A stretch of DNA of 64,000 bases from a virus (Duplodnaviria; Caudoviricetes): IMG/VR virus record IMGVR_UViG_3300020048_002944. One strand, given 5' to 3'. This document shows positions 50,228 through 61,428 of the stretch, piece by piece. How positions within the stretch are numbered: position 1 is the first letter of the stretch; each line of letters opens with the position of its first letter. The notes beneath the pieces were generated by a model. The model saw only the letters and a program-made list of their open reading frames with translations, was not told where the DNA came from and ran no database searches. The position numbers and the translations under genes are program-made.

Positions 50228-51533
50228 TTCTATTTTTTATTCTGATTAGTAACTTATCTACAATCTCATCGATATCGCTCATATGATATGCATTTATTAA
50301 TGGTTTCATAGTTGCTTCGCTGATAGATATTATTATTTTATATGCCTCATTCATCTTAGCACTATTCATATGTATCTTATATGTAGAGTTATTTATAGTG
50401 AAGTCTTTTGTCTTCGCCATCGGTACTCCGTTATGATATAACATAATATCAAAATACTCAAATATGGGATGACCTGCTTTTAGTAATCTATCATATGTAT
50501 ACATATAATCAGCGGCTAGAACTTCCGAAAGATCTATTTCAAATTCTCCATTCTGTGGAGTAACGTAGTCCTCATTAAGTATTATCTTCCAACCCATAGG
50601 TTTAATCTTTAATGTGTGATTATCGTTTAATAGTGCTTTCTTGATTCTACTATCAACAACATCACTTCTAGTAATAGTGTGTCTATACTTCTTAGGTATT
50701 TTCTTACCATTAACTATTTCTGGAGATTTGACTATATAACACATTGGAATATGTGGTTCTAATTCCATAGTGTGATTTATACGGAATATATCTGGAACCA
50801 TGTTTTTCTTATCTCCACGTTCAGGTTGAGGATCTTCTGGTTTACGCAACTGACATTCGTGCATATTATATTTTAAGAAAAACGTATGCACATTCATATC
50901 AGTTATAAGTTTTTTATTACTTATTAATCCAGATGAATATTTCTCTATATCAGAATAGTGTTTTTTCTTAAGTTCTTCATTTTTAAGATTATATCCTTGT
51001 AACATACCTATATAATCTATCATAGATTGAGGTATAGCCGCTAACCCAGGAAAATCGTTTAATATAGTAGCAGGTTCGCCGAATCTAAAGTTATTGATAA
51101 GCCATAACATCATGTCTTGTTGTTCTCTAACAGATGCCACACCTATTGAAACGTTGAATGTTATTTTTATTCTCGTAAATGGAACAAAAATTTGCATTCT
51201 AGAATTCGGATTATAATAAATCCTCAAATAATGATTCTCAAAATTACCAGCCAAATAATGACTTCTATAATTCTGTAAGAATTTCATTTGACCTGTTGTA
51301 TTATTCGCATCATAATCTACATCATATGTTATGTATATATATGGTAATTTCTTTTTATTAATAATTTGATTTCTAGTATGTGTATCATTATAGTGAATTT
51401 GATCTTCTAGATATAGATGTTTGAAGTAACCTTTTGGAAACTGTCTAGTGTACACCTTAGCTAAAGTATTTATCAAGTTCTCTATAGTGATATGGGTATG
51501 TAATATAGGAAAATCCATTATTACGTCTTGCAT
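50220..51533 (-). CDS. putative virion structural (tail completion-like) protein
   Basis: AGGAG RBS; late operon; IKITFNVSIGVASVREQQD-type alpha/beta pattern. Confidence 0.5.
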   Translation of the reverse strand: MQDVIMDFPILHTHITIENLINTLAKVYTRQFPKGYFKHLYLEDQIHYNDTHTRNQIINKKKLPYIYITYDVDYDANNTTGQMKFLQNYRSHYLAGNFENHYLRIYYNPNSRMQIFVPFTRIKITFNVSIGVASVREQQDMMLWLINNFRFGEPATILNDFPGLAAIPQSMIDYIGMLQGYNLKNEELKKKHYSDIEKYSSGLISNKKLITDMNVHTFFLKYNMHECQLRKPEDPQPERGDKKNMVPDIFRINHTMELEPHIPMCYIVKSPEIVNGKKIPKKYRHTITRSDVVDSRIKKALLNDNHTLKIKPMGWKIILNEDYVTPQNGEFEIDLSEVLAADYMYTYDRLLKAGHPIFEYFDIMLYHNGVPMAKTKDFTINNSTYKIHMNSAKMNEAYKIIISISEATMKPLINAYHMSDIDEIVDKLLIRIKNRKK

Positions 51534-51545
51534 AAAATGTACTCC

Positions 51546-51947
51546 TTATTTTTTTCGTCTACTTGGACGTTCAGTACTTTTTAGTTCCTTCAATGTCTTT
51601 AATATAAGTAAACAATTAGTTGAAAGGGTTCCGATTAGACCTATTATGACGGATAAAGTAGTTAATAATACTTGAAAATTTATTCCTTCTTTTTCTTTAG
51701 TTGGTATATTAGTCGATTGTATTTGATAATTGGTTGATTTAATCTGTTCGTTATTATTTATTTTTTCCATAGTTTTTTGGTTTTCTAATAATACAATATC
51801 ATCTGTTGCTTCTTTTACTTTTTCATACATATCCAAGTTGATGCTACTGGCTTTTTTTATTGTCAAATTTGATACAATTAATTGTATTCCGCCCCATACT
51901 ATAGATAAAACTAATATTACCCCAAATATTATTCTTATAATTTTCAT
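51546..51947 (-). CDS. membrane protein with two TM helices (start reassigned to 51947)
   Basis: N- and C-terminal hydrophobic helices, basic tail; AACA-N6-TA at 52019-52030. Confidence 0.7.
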   Translation of the reverse strand: MKIIRIIFGVILVLSIVWGGIQLIVSNLTIKKASSINLDMYEKVKEATDDIVLLENQKTMEKINNNEQIKSTNYQIQSTNIPTKEKEGINFQVLLTTLSVIIGLIGTLSTNCLLILKTLKELKSTERPSRRKK

Positions 51948-52063
51948 TTTTCCTCTCCTTTTATTATTTGGTATTTGTAACATTTTGATTTTTTCATTTT
52001 TTCTCCTTAATTTATAGTTAATTAAATGTTCTTAAAATAAAAAAAAGAGGCGTTCAAGCCTCT

Positions 52064-52366
52064 TTAATTTCCGAAGAACGACAATTCGTCGTCTTCGAAT
52101 TTTTCCCTGTTTCTCACAGGGAAATTCCTATTTGGGGTCAGTGTTCGGACGAACTTATCCCACTCCCCCAAATCTTTATATATAGCATTTCGAATTTCGA
52201 TCTCTGCGATCGATTTTGAAATACTATATAATTGTCTCTCTATCTTTTTTATCAAGACAGAGAGACGACTGTCATCGACACCGACAGTCTCTAGAGTCGT
52301 TGTTTGTAACAACAACCCTTCCAATTCAGATTTCCTCATTTTGAGAAAATCGATATCGTTTGTCAT
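52064..52366 (-). CDS. small early hypothetical protein
   Basis: GGGAGG RBS; early motif 52392-52404; terminator 52040-52065. Confidence 0.8.
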   Translation of the reverse strand: MTNDIDFLKMRKSELEGLLLQTTTLETVGVDDSRLSVLIKKIERQLYSISKSIAEIEIRNAIYKDLGEWDKFVRTLTPNRNFPVRNREKFEDDELSFFGN

Positions 52367-52484
52367 ATAATCCTCCCTAGGTTTATCACCTATATAATAT
52401 ATAATTATAAAGGACGGTAGTGCTAAATATTTATATTTATATACTTTTAAAAAAAAGCAGTCATCTCAGACTACTTTTTAATTA

Positions 52485-53390
52485 TCACCAACAAATCTTA
52501 AGCCAACCGGTAAATGGATCATACTTAAATTCGTTATTATAATACGTCCTTAATCTTTCCGAAATAAATACATTCATACCCCTATCTTCCAATGCCTTCA
52601 CTAGATATGTAAGTATAGGTAGATTTAATATATACGTCATCTTAGGATATGATTGATTGATACTTTGAAATATCTTATCGTTTACTTGACCTCTGGGTAA
52701 ATTGGTAGTGATATTGAGATTAGTTATTATATTTTTTAATACTTTTGATTTGTTATGGGAAAGCGACACACATCTCAAAAATCCAATTTCTGTAAACTCG
52801 CGTTCTATCCATATAATATGATTGTGTTTAGCAGTTTTTGCTACTTCGTAACACTCGCATAATACACCACTCAGTATTCGTTTACCATACATATCAACAT
52901 ATGCAATACCGCATTCTCTTATAAACTCATCAAGATGACTACTCACAAATTCATCTATATTATCATTTATTTTTTTATATGTATTCGAAACATCGACCAA
53001 AGAATTAGCATCTATAAAACCGCTGTTTTTCGATGTTAAATAACGATATGCAAGTATATACTCTAAAATATCCTTATGAATTATTGTATTATTTAATATC
53101 GCCTTAATAATATTCATCATCGCCGTAGTTCTATTGTGTTTTCTGGCTACAATAGATACATCTACATCGTTGTAAATCACAGCTGATATAATCTTGAGGA
53201 TGTATTCTAGACAATCATCGCTTTCATTATTACACAATATAGAATCGAATAAAAAATGACATAATATTTCTCTTTTTACTTCTTCGCCTATACTACCCTT
53301 TGCAGTTTTAGCAATACACCCCAATGTATTCACATCCTTCCCAATAACATCCAAAGCTCTTCCTAATATTATACTATCTATAATATCCAT
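52485..53390 (-). CDS. early hypothetical protein
   Basis: AAGGAGG RBS; AAATATATATTATA at 53429-53442 (-). Confidence 0.8.
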   Translation of the reverse strand: MDIIDSIILGRALDVIGKDVNTLGCIAKTAKGSIGEEVKREILCHFLFDSILCNNESDDCLEYILKIISAVIYNDVDVSIVARKHNRTTAMMNIIKAILNNTIIHKDILEYILAYRYLTSKNSGFIDANSLVDVSNTYKKINDNIDEFVSSHLDEFIRECGIAYVDMYGKRILSGVLCECYEVAKTAKHNHIIWIEREFTEIGFLRCVSLSHNKSKVLKNIITNLNITTNLPRGQVNDKIFQSINQSYPKMTYILNLPILTYLVKALEDRGMNVFISERLRTYYNNEFKYDPFTGWLKICW

Positions 53391-53494
53391 AGTATATCCT
53401 CCTTTTTTATTAAAATACTTATCACATGTATAATATATATTTTAATTTATATTTATACGTATGGGTTAACATTCTAATAAATGGAGTAAAAAAT

Positions 53495-54622
53495 ATGAGA
53501 ATTTTAGCTATTTCTGATATACATTTTGGTCTACAGAATAATATAGAATCTTTGTACCAACAAATAGATAAATTATTCTTTTCATATATACAAAAAGATC
53601 CACCTGATTTGATAGTGGTGTGTGGAGACGATACTGATTGTAGACTCTCATTAAATCAACTTGTAGCGAGATATTATTTAATGTTTGTTAATAGATTAGC
53701 ACATATGAAAAAATTAGATGGTTCACCAATTCCTATTAGATTTGTATCTGGAACTGATTCCCATCAAAAGAATCAATTAGGAGCATTTACATATCTTACT
53801 ATGAATACTGATGTAAATGTTCGTATATATGAAACAGTCGGAGAAGAAATTATAGATGGAGTAAGATGTTTATTTATACCAGAAGAACCAGTTATAGATA
53901 AGAATGAATACTATAGGGAATACTTTAGTAAAGAATATGATTTCTGTTTTGGTCATGGTATGTTTTCATTTGTATCTGCTGGATATGGTGAACAACAAGA
54001 ATCATCTTTAAAACAATCACCTACGTTTGAGTACGATGATTTTAAAAATGTTATTAAACAGTTAGTGATATTCGGGCACATACATATATCACAATTATAT
54101 AAAAATTTCATAATATATCCCGGTAGTTTTTCGAGAGATTCATATGGCGAAGAATCAGCAAAAGGGTTTTTAGATATATATTATGATATTGTAAAACAAA
54201 AATCTAAATTTAAGTTTGTAGAAAATATATACGCACCTAAATACGACTCAATTCGTTTAGATAAAGTGGATTCTAATATAGAAGAATGGATTAACAATAT
54301 CCTTGTATATAAGAATTCTAATTTAATTTACAAGTTGCGAATTATTTTATGCGATATAGAACCAGTAACAGTAAAAATAATACAAACTTATTTTAGAAAT
54401 AACCGACATCTAAACATAGATATTCGGGTTAATAAAACTACAGAGACAGGGGAGGAAAAAAATGAAATAGTAGAAGACGAAGAAGATTCTAGTACATCTA
54501 CAACATATAGCAATCCATTGGACTTCATGGGAAATACTGTTATGTATGCACAAGAAGTTTACAATGAACTCTTTACAACAGAAGAGGTCACTGAAATACT
54601 AGTGGAGGCAAGAAGTCTCTGA
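53495..54622 (+). CDS. sbcD: SbcD/Mre11-like metallophosphoesterase nuclease (start reassigned to 53495)
   Basis: ISDIHFG, VVCGD, SGTDSH, GHG, FGHIH and YPGSFSR..YGE...KG motifs; AACA-N6-TA at 53468-53479. Confidence 0.9.
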   Translation: MRILAISDIHFGLQNNIESLYQQIDKLFFSYIQKDPPDLIVVCGDDTDCRLSLNQLVARYYLMFVNRLAHMKKLDGSPIPIRFVSGTDSHQKNQLGAFTYLTMNTDVNVRIYETVGEEIIDGVRCLFIPEEPVIDKNEYYREYFSKEYDFCFGHGMFSFVSAGYGEQQESSLKQSPTFEYDDFKNVIKQLVIFGHIHISQLYKNFIIYPGSFSRDSYGEESAKGFLDIYYDIVKQKSKFKFVENIYAPKYDSIRLDKVDSNIEEWINNILVYKNSNLIYKLRIILCDIEPVTVKIIQTYFRNNRHLNIDIRVNKTTETGEEKNEIVEDEEDSSTSTTYSNPLDFMGNTVMYAQEVYNELFTTEEVTEILVEARSL

Positions 54623-54656
54623 GATAAAAAAGAATCGAAAACACAGGAGAGAATTT

Positions 54657-55781
54657 ATGAGCATTAAATTGAAAACACAGTTACAAGATGTATTAAAGAC
54701 AGCATTAATGAGGGATGATGAAATCGATACCCTTATTGGAAGTTTTGGAGACGCATTAGTATCAGAGAAAGACATGGATGTATACCACATGTCAGGACAT
54801 CTCTGTTTGAAATATAACCCCAGTATGACATGGGATATAATTGCTGAAATTCGAAAGAAGATTGGTAATTATGCAGCCGGTGATAAAATGTACTCAAGAA
54901 TCGGTGTGACAATTGCTCCGTCAGAAAATGATCTCATCAATAAAAGATCATTAGTTGCAATTGTGTCTGATATTAAGAAAGACAATTGTATTATTTATCC
55001 GGGTAAACTAAAGGAATCTTTGGCCATGGTCACTGAAGAGGATGAGGATAACATCGCTGACAGGTGTGCGGATACAGGTGTGTTATTCGGGTCAAGAAGA
55101 CACGCCAACAGATCAATGGTTATTGTCGGATTGACGCTGTTAAAAAGACAAGATGACACAGCAACATTCAGACTAATGCTCAACATGGAATACTTCGCAG
55201 CAGATAAAAAGTTTGCAAGGATCCGGGAAATCACAACAACATACGATTACCAGATCGAAGAAACAAAACACGGTGGTGAGTTCTGTAATATAATGAAACC
55301 GGTGTTTGCGAAGGTAAATACATTACCTCCGTATATCGTCGAAGAACTCATTGACAGAACTCAAGTTATGAGTAAATCGTTGTTAAAATCTAATCCAGAT
55401 GCAGACCTTGATGATGTATTTAAAACAACCGAAGTTGTCGTAGATCCTGTGTGCGTTAACGACGCGCTTGTTACAGAATACTCTGTTATTGGTGCATCTT
55501 CAGACAGTGAAAGAAAACGTAGGTATGGTTCATCTAAACCAGTATTAGACGGTAGAAGTAAGAAGACGAATAGTACGGGAAAGAAAACTAAATCTAATGA
55601 AAAACCGAAAAAAGCCGGTGCAACGAAAGGACTCACGCCAGTTCAAACAGATGCTGATGCGAAAGACGATGAAATTGAATTTCATAACAAGGGATCAATT
55701 GAAACGGAGATACCGGTGGATAACACAACAGTCGACCAATCAGTTCAAGTCGAAGACGACCAAGTCGAAGACGCAGTATAA
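54657..55781 (+). CDS. hypothetical protein with basic then acidic disordered tail
   Basis: AGGAG RBS; terminator 55794-55828. Confidence 0.8.
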   Translation: MSIKLKTQLQDVLKTALMRDDEIDTLIGSFGDALVSEKDMDVYHMSGHLCLKYNPSMTWDIIAEIRKKIGNYAAGDKMYSRIGVTIAPSENDLINKRSLVAIVSDIKKDNCIIYPGKLKESLAMVTEEDEDNIADRCADTGVLFGSRRHANRSMVIVGLTLLKRQDDTATFRLMLNMEYFAADKKFARIREITTTYDYQIEETKHGGEFCNIMKPVFAKVNTLPPYIVEELIDRTQVMSKSLLKSNPDADLDDVFKTTEVVVDPVCVNDALVTEYSVIGASSDSERKRRYGSSKPVLDGRSKKTNSTGKKTKSNEKPKKAGATKGLTPVQTDADAKDDEIEFHNKGSIETEIPVDNTTVDQSVQVEDDQVEDAV

Positions 55782-55845
55782 ATAAAACAAATAAGTAAAC
55801 CCCAATTTAGGGGTTTACTAATCTTTTTCACAATAGGAGCAACAA

Positions 55846-56472
55846 ATGCAATTAAATGTAAAGAGAATCATAAAAGATCCTAAACCTGAGGTGGTAAACC
55901 ATATTAAAAGAAGTAATGATTACCATCACAATAATAACATAAGATTATTTGTAGAAAAAGATAATCCTAAGTTTATTACGTATTCCGAAATATTCTTATC
56001 GAAGTTAAATAAGGCTCAAACCTCAGCCGATATTAACAATGTAGTAAAAACTATAGTTAATAAGATATCGACAGATGCAGAGCTTTCCACTGAAGAAAAG
56101 GATAAATTATTAAAAACCATTATGGTTCAACGAATTTATCCTTTGAAAAATATTTTATTTCCTGAGGGTTTCCCGCACATCACATCTCAAGTTAAGATAG
56201 AAGTGGCGATAGTCGAATCCCTAAAAAAGATAACAAAACTTAGACCGAAAGATGTACTTGTTTGTTATCCTATCGATAAGCGAGCAAATATGCTTGCTGC
56301 CGGTGATAATATTGTACCATTTCATTATTTGGGTATACGAAGTATACATAATGATAAAGACGTTGATGATGTGTATAATGTATGGCAACATATACTAACC
56401 AGATTATCACATGAAAGATTTGCAAATCTTTCATTAGTTATAGACAAAGCAATAAGTCTAATAACTATATAA
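55846..56472 (+). CDS. hypothetical protein
   Basis: AGGAG RBS. Confidence 0.75.
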   Translation: MQLNVKRIIKDPKPEVVNHIKRSNDYHHNNNIRLFVEKDNPKFITYSEIFLSKLNKAQTSADINNVVKTIVNKISTDAELSTEEKDKLLKTIMVQRIYPLKNILFPEGFPHITSQVKIEVAIVESLKKITKLRPKDVLVCYPIDKRANMLAAGDNIVPFHYLGIRSIHNDKDVDDVYNVWQHILTRLSHERFANLSLVIDKAISLITI

Positions 56473-56496
56473 TATAACTATAGAGGAGGGAGTATA

Positions 56497-56886
56497 ATGA
56501 CAGATGTAAAAAAAGTAGTAATAGTAAAACCACAAATATTTAAAGCCGGTGAACATATTGTAGTGATAGTAAATTCTACTGGTTCAATCCCGGATATCAT
56601 TTCTGATAAGAATGTATACGTATTCGGTAATGGTGTGGAGAAGGTATCTGTGAATGCGATTGTATGTGATTCACTTGTATTATGTGGTGTGCAGCTCGTA
56701 GTTTCTAAAAGATTCTATGTTAGAAGAGACATCAGAGTAAACGATCAAGCCTCGTTTGCTGGTAGAGGTGCGATAATTCATGTACCGAAATGTTACAGAG
56801 TTAACAATGATATACTTACCAAAATCAAAACTAGATTAATAAAAAAGAAAAAGCAAGATCTGGTTGGTTATGGTGGTATTCGTTAA
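56497..56886 (+). CDS. hypothetical protein
   Basis: GGAGG RBS. Confidence 0.75.
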   Translation: MTDVKKVVIVKPQIFKAGEHIVVIVNSTGSIPDIISDKNVYVFGNGVEKVSVNAIVCDSLVLCGVQLVVSKRFYVRRDIRVNDQASFAGRGAIIHVPKCYRVNNDILTKIKTRLIKKKKQDLVGYGGIR

Positions 56887-56895
56887 TATAAAAAG

Positions 56896-56921
56896 TCTAC
56901 AAGGGAAATTTCCCTTGTAGA
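56896..56921. terminator. bidirectional terminator
   Basis: TCTACAAGGGAA-at-TTCCCTTGTAGA between convergent genes. Confidence 0.8.
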
Positions 56922-56926
56922 TTAAT

Positions 56927-59900
56927 TTATTTTTTTTGTGTTTTGAAATCGCTATACATAGCTTTAATTTTATCTTTTAATCCCCATACAAGTTTGTTTC
57001 CGTATAGTGCATATATTATAGATGTAACCATACGAGCATTAACACTTATAGGACTTAGTAATGCATCTAAGTGCTCACTTGGATTACCATCTATATAAGG
57101 CATCTCTTCGTTTGAGAGGACTTTCTGTAAAACAGATTTCATAGAAGCATAAAATACAACTTTATCACCAGCACCAGGATAATCAGTATACCTAATAAAT
57201 ATTTCTATTAGTACCTTACCGACAGTTACCTTCTCACCATTAATAATTTCACCTTTTATAGGCTTAGTTATACCAGTGAAATCAGTTGTCATACTTAAAT
57301 CATTAACGGTATTGAATTTCTTGAGTTCATTCTTGCGTTTATTGATTCTTGATGTGTATGTTGTAACTACGCTTTTAACCGACTCAGACATATCTTCCAT
57401 TGGTACAGTGTAATAAACTTTAATATCGTATATAGTTCCAGAATATTTAGATTTCGGAGAATGCTTAACAAGATCACTTATTACAGAAGAATCATCATCG
57501 CTCATACTCGCTAGAACCTCGGTAACTTCGGCGTTATCTAGCTCATCTTCGAATGTTATGAGGTGTTCTCCTGTTTGGATGTAATCTCCTATTTTTACGA
57601 TGTTTGAGATATTAGATTTAGCACCTAAAACGATAGATTTCTTAACAAGTACGTCGGCTGATAATTTTTCAGCTAGCCTATCCGATATAACAGCACTATC
57701 TTCAAATGTCTTAGATGACATCATTATGCCGATATTAGCTAATGTGCCTGGATGGTACTCCGGTTGACCTCTTCTTGTGGAGAAATAACTAGGATTAGCT
57801 ACTAGTACAGCATTTTGCTCGAACTTATCTCCGACTTTAAAGTTAAATTTCTTCTTATTGAGTATATAAAACCCACCACCGCCATTTTTATCAACCCTAT
57901 GTTTAATATCTATCGCCTCTGTTTCACCAGATGAGTATTTAACTATAGCAATACCTGTTACTTCATTGACACTTAGTACTTCACCTTTATCTTTAGCTAT
58001 CTGTATAAAGTCAGAACTCGCCATAAACGGTAAAGCTTTCTCCACACCATTAGTTATTAACAATGGATCACTGTGTGCGACTGGAATAATGTGTTTACTT
58101 TCCTTTGTAACAAATGATAATCGTTTGGGATCATCGTGATCTATTGCAAAAGGAGTCGTTAACTCAGCTATATTACCCATACTAGCAAAACTTATATCAC
58201 TTGTATCATTACCAGATTTAACAAATCCTAAAGTGTTAATTATTCTAGGATTCATTGTAAGATATTTTTGTATACCTACGTTACCCGAGTCAGGTGCAGA
58301 TGCAGCTATTATACCTACCATAGAATTATTATATGCTCGCTTCTCTAAACTATATGCATCGTCAGTATTAATACCACCTGGTCCTTTAAATGTGATTGCA
58401 GATTGTGATTCCGCTTCACGTATAGGATTAATAGTATCGTATTCATTAAATAGTCTACTTTTAACCATTTCTTTAACTACGCAGTCTGGTTTAATAGACA
58501 TACTATTTTTCTTAGTTACGTTATATTTATACTTGTAATTGACATATGCTTTAACGAGTTCCTTATAAATAATTACAGGGACTAATTCCATCCCTCGTAT
58601 TCTATTTATACTAACATCTGTTTCTGTCGTATATGAATTATCCTCCAATAATGAGTTAGCATATAAATAAACCTCCAAGAATTCAGTAGGTAAACCAAGT
58701 CCTTCTAGTACAGTTACTGTTACTGGGTCTATCATTAGTTCTTTAGCGTTAGAAAAACCTTTTGCCATTTGTCGTGTACCGAACAAGTCATCAAACACAT
58801 CTAAATACGAGTCAGGATTATTCATTTCCTCGAACTCGTAATCTTCGGTACTCATTTCAGCACTTATTCCATTTAATACTAATGCGTGTCGCAAAGGGTA
58901 TATATCATAATATAAAAACCCATCTTTAAACTTAATAACGCCTGTATCTAGGCCTTCTTCCTTCGTTAATTTTTCTTTATCTTTAACGAATCTATACTTG
59001 ACACCCATTGTATCGAGTAAATGTTTTAATCCATATGTATAAGATAAGAAAATCCCTATTGATATATTCCTATCTAGATACTTTACTCTGGTATACATTA
59101 ATCGTTTCGGTATATTTGTTTTAGCTATCAATGCATCAACATTTTCCAATGATGAGAATTCCTTGATATAGAATGTAATTAAATCGCATAATGATAATTT
59201 AGATTGTAAATGTAATCCACTTTTAAGATCTATGGAGATTACATTTTTATTATTAAGAATAGCTACTGGTATCTCCTTAGGATCTTCCTTATATTCGATA
59301 TCTAATTCTTCCATAAGAATTCGTATATCATGTTGATTAAAACAAAATTTAATACACCTAGGAGATTCGCCTATATCTATACTATATACACTTCCAGACA
59401 GCTCGTCATATTCTAGTGTCGATAAATAATTTTTATTTATATCCGATGAATCACCAGGTTTATATACTATCTTACTATCATCACCTTTGTTAATATCGCC
59501 TAATATTTTCTTTAACATTTCTGTTTTCGGAGTAGCCTTTCTACCAAACCTTTCGAGAAATGCTTTATTATAGTTTGTAATAATTTGTACTTTATTAGGA
59601 GCAACTTTAACTATTGGTATAAGCACTATTTGTTTAGTAAGTGCTTTCTTAGTACCATTTATAAAGAAGAATTTATTATCTATTAATTTCGGCATGTCAA
59701 AAGTAATATTGTGAGTAATACCTTTTTCATCCTCTAAGTTAAACTTATATCGTATTAAAGCATTTAGATTATCGCTTATGTCTTCTTTGTCTGCTTTGAT
59801 AATATGCATGGGGATAGTTTTATTAGTAGAGAATGATTTAATCATAGACAGTATAGTAGGATCTAACTGTTTCTCATAATAACTCCTATCAAAATCCGCC

Positions 59901-61318
59901 AATGTATAACTTTTAACATCTTCTTTATTTATAGAATTTTTAATCGGTAATTCTTTATGATCAATTTGAGTTTTGTGAAAATCATCAAGAAGTTCTTTAA
60001 TAGACTTGCCATTCTTACCGAGAGTTGCAGATTTATATTTATCTTTAATAATAGCTATTCGCTTTAACCTATCTCGCAATTCTTTATTCATAGTTGCATC
60101 TTTGGTGTCATTGATGACTTCTGTTATTAGTTCTTGATTTATTTCGATTTCATCGTCATCTGTATCTAATGACGCTAATAGTTCGTCTTCATCTATATCT
60201 TCCGGTTCTTCTTTCTCGTCTTCTATATGCTCATCTATTACTGGATCAACATCTTTATATTCAGGTTCATCCACAATTTCATCGTCTGTTTCATTATCTA
60301 AATATTCATCGTAATCACTATCATCTTCATAGTTATCTAGCCTACTCTTTACACCATTTTGTAAATTCGGAACTATTTTAGATTTCTTTTTTATTATACT
60401 TGCAATCTTGGTTTTAATAAAATCGTGCGCAGTATTGTCCAATGTAGATGTATTTGAAACAATTGCATCCTTTACAAATTTCTCCAATTTGCCACTAGAA
60501 TCTATATCTTCTTCATATTTCTCATCTGGTACATTTTTATCATCGAAGTCATTATCGTATTCTCGCAATTCCTCAACGTTACTAAGATTAGCTGCAACCA
60601 TGATTTTTAAATATCTCATAAGTGTAGATTTATCATATCCCTCAGCTATTATATCATCGGTTATCTCAAACCAAGTTATTATACCTGTCGTATTAATAAA
60701 TATAACTTTTACACCCTTCAATTGAATCAGGGATGCTGGATCGTTTATTAACTTATAACAAAAAACTTGTAGAGGCGTTGTTAAATTAGTTTTCATAAAA
60801 TAAGCAGCACTAATTCCAGGAATATCGTCTATTCTAAATATGAGATACTTGTTAATATACCCACTTAAACCTTCATTATTTAACACTGTATCAAAGTAGT
60901 TAGATAATTGTTTATAATATAATATGGGTGATGAAAACTTAATATTATTTATTAAACCTAATTCATTATGTATACTATAAATAAGGTTTCTATTTTTGTA
61001 TGATGATAGTGTCGGTAGTGTGATATTAATTTGATTTAATGATTCTCTAACCTCATCGTATATGGGTTTAACCATTGTTCGTAATGTTTTAATCATTCCA
61101 TTAACAAGTTTCATTTTAGATACCCTGTTAACAAAGAACGCCGCGTAATATCTGAATATGAAATTTTTACTACTTATAACATCGATTATTTTCCTTAAGT
61201 CATCTGTGAATACTAAGACTAAGTTTTCGATTCTTTTATTCTTAGGGTTAGCGTAATCTAGTAATACACTCCTGTTTCTGTATATTTTAAACTGCCTTAG
61301 TTTACTAAGTAAAATCAT
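56927..61318 (-). CDS. rpoB: multisubunit RNA polymerase beta subunit, large fragment, likely virion RNAP (phiKZ gp178-like)
   Basis: FFINGTKK, FKGPGGIN, APDSGNVG, HDDPKRL, TFEDSAVIS, GDKVVF..SMKSV and SPISVNARM motifs; AACA-N6-TA at 61373-61384. Confidence 0.92.
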   Translation of the reverse strand: MILLSKLRQFKIYRNRSVLLDYANPKNKRIENLVLVFTDDLRKIIDVISSKNFIFRYYAAFFVNRVSKMKLVNGMIKTLRTMVKPIYDEVRESLNQINITLPTLSSYKNRNLIYSIHNELGLINNIKFSSPILYYKQLSNYFDTVLNNEGLSGYINKYLIFRIDDIPGISAAYFMKTNLTTPLQVFCYKLINDPASLIQLKGVKVIFINTTGIITWFEITDDIIAEGYDKSTLMRYLKIMVAANLSNVEELREYDNDFDDKNVPDEKYEEDIDSSGKLEKFVKDAIVSNTSTLDNTAHDFIKTKIASIIKKKSKIVPNLQNGVKSRLDNYEDDSDYDEYLDNETDDEIVDEPEYKDVDPVIDEHIEDEKEEPEDIDEDELLASLDTDDDEIEINQELITEVINDTKDATMNKELRDRLKRIAIIKDKYKSATLGKNGKSIKELLDDFHKTQIDHKELPIKNSINKEDVKSYTLADFDRSYYEKQLDPTILSMIKSFSTNKTIPMHIIKADKEDISDNLNALIRYKFNLEDEKGITHNITFDMPKLIDNKFFFINGTKKALTKQIVLIPIVKVAPNKVQIITNYNKAFLERFGRKATPKTEMLKKILGDINKGDDSKIVYKPGDSSDINKNYLSTLEYDELSGSVYSIDIGESPRCIKFCFNQHDIRILMEELDIEYKEDPKEIPVAILNNKNVISIDLKSGLHLQSKLSLCDLITFYIKEFSSLENVDALIAKTNIPKRLMYTRVKYLDRNISIGIFLSYTYGLKHLLDTMGVKYRFVKDKEKLTKEEGLDTGVIKFKDGFLYYDIYPLRHALVLNGISAEMSTEDYEFEEMNNPDSYLDVFDDLFGTRQMAKGFSNAKELMIDPVTVTVLEGLGLPTEFLEVYLYANSLLEDNSYTTETDVSINRIRGMELVPVIIYKELVKAYVNYKYKYNVTKKNSMSIKPDCVVKEMVKSRLFNEYDTINPIREAESQSAITFKGPGGINTDDAYSLEKRAYNNSMVGIIAASAPDSGNVGIQKYLTMNPRIINTLGFVKSGNDTSDISFASMGNIAELTTPFAIDHDDPKRLSFVTKESKHIIPVAHSDPLLITNGVEKALPFMASSDFIQIAKDKGEVLSVNEVTGIAIVKYSSGETEAIDIKHRVDKNGGGGFYILNKKKFNFKVGDKFEQNAVLVANPSYFSTRRGQPEYHPGTLANIGIMMSSKTFEDSAVISDRLAEKLSADVLVKKSIVLGAKSNISNIVKIGDYIQTGEHLITFEDELDNAEVTEVLASMSDDDSSVISDLVKHSPKSKYSGTIYDIKVYYTVPMEDMSESVKSVVTTYTSRINKRKNELKKFNTVNDLSMTTDFTGITKPIKGEIINGEKVTVGKVLIEIFIRYTDYPGAGDKVVFYASMKSVLQKVLSNEEMPYIDGNPSEHLDALLSPISVNARMVTSIIYALYGNKLVWGLKDKIKAMYSDFKTQKK

Positions 61319-61413
61319 TAGTTTCTCCTTTTGTGTATAATTTTAAAAACTGTAAACATTATATTGGAATATTATATTAATGTTTCAATAAACTTATCTT
61401 CATATAATTTTTT

Positions 61414-61428
61414 AAGTATATATTATAT
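61414..61428 (+). promoter_or_regulatory. early-type promoter motif
   Basis: AAGTATATATTATAT. Confidence 0.6.

Noticed and set aside
35595-61318. Introns or inteins in the DNA polymerase and RNAP genes, as known in AR9-like phages
   Set aside because: ORFs are continuous; no intein C1/HN motifs or embedded homing endonuclease were seen.
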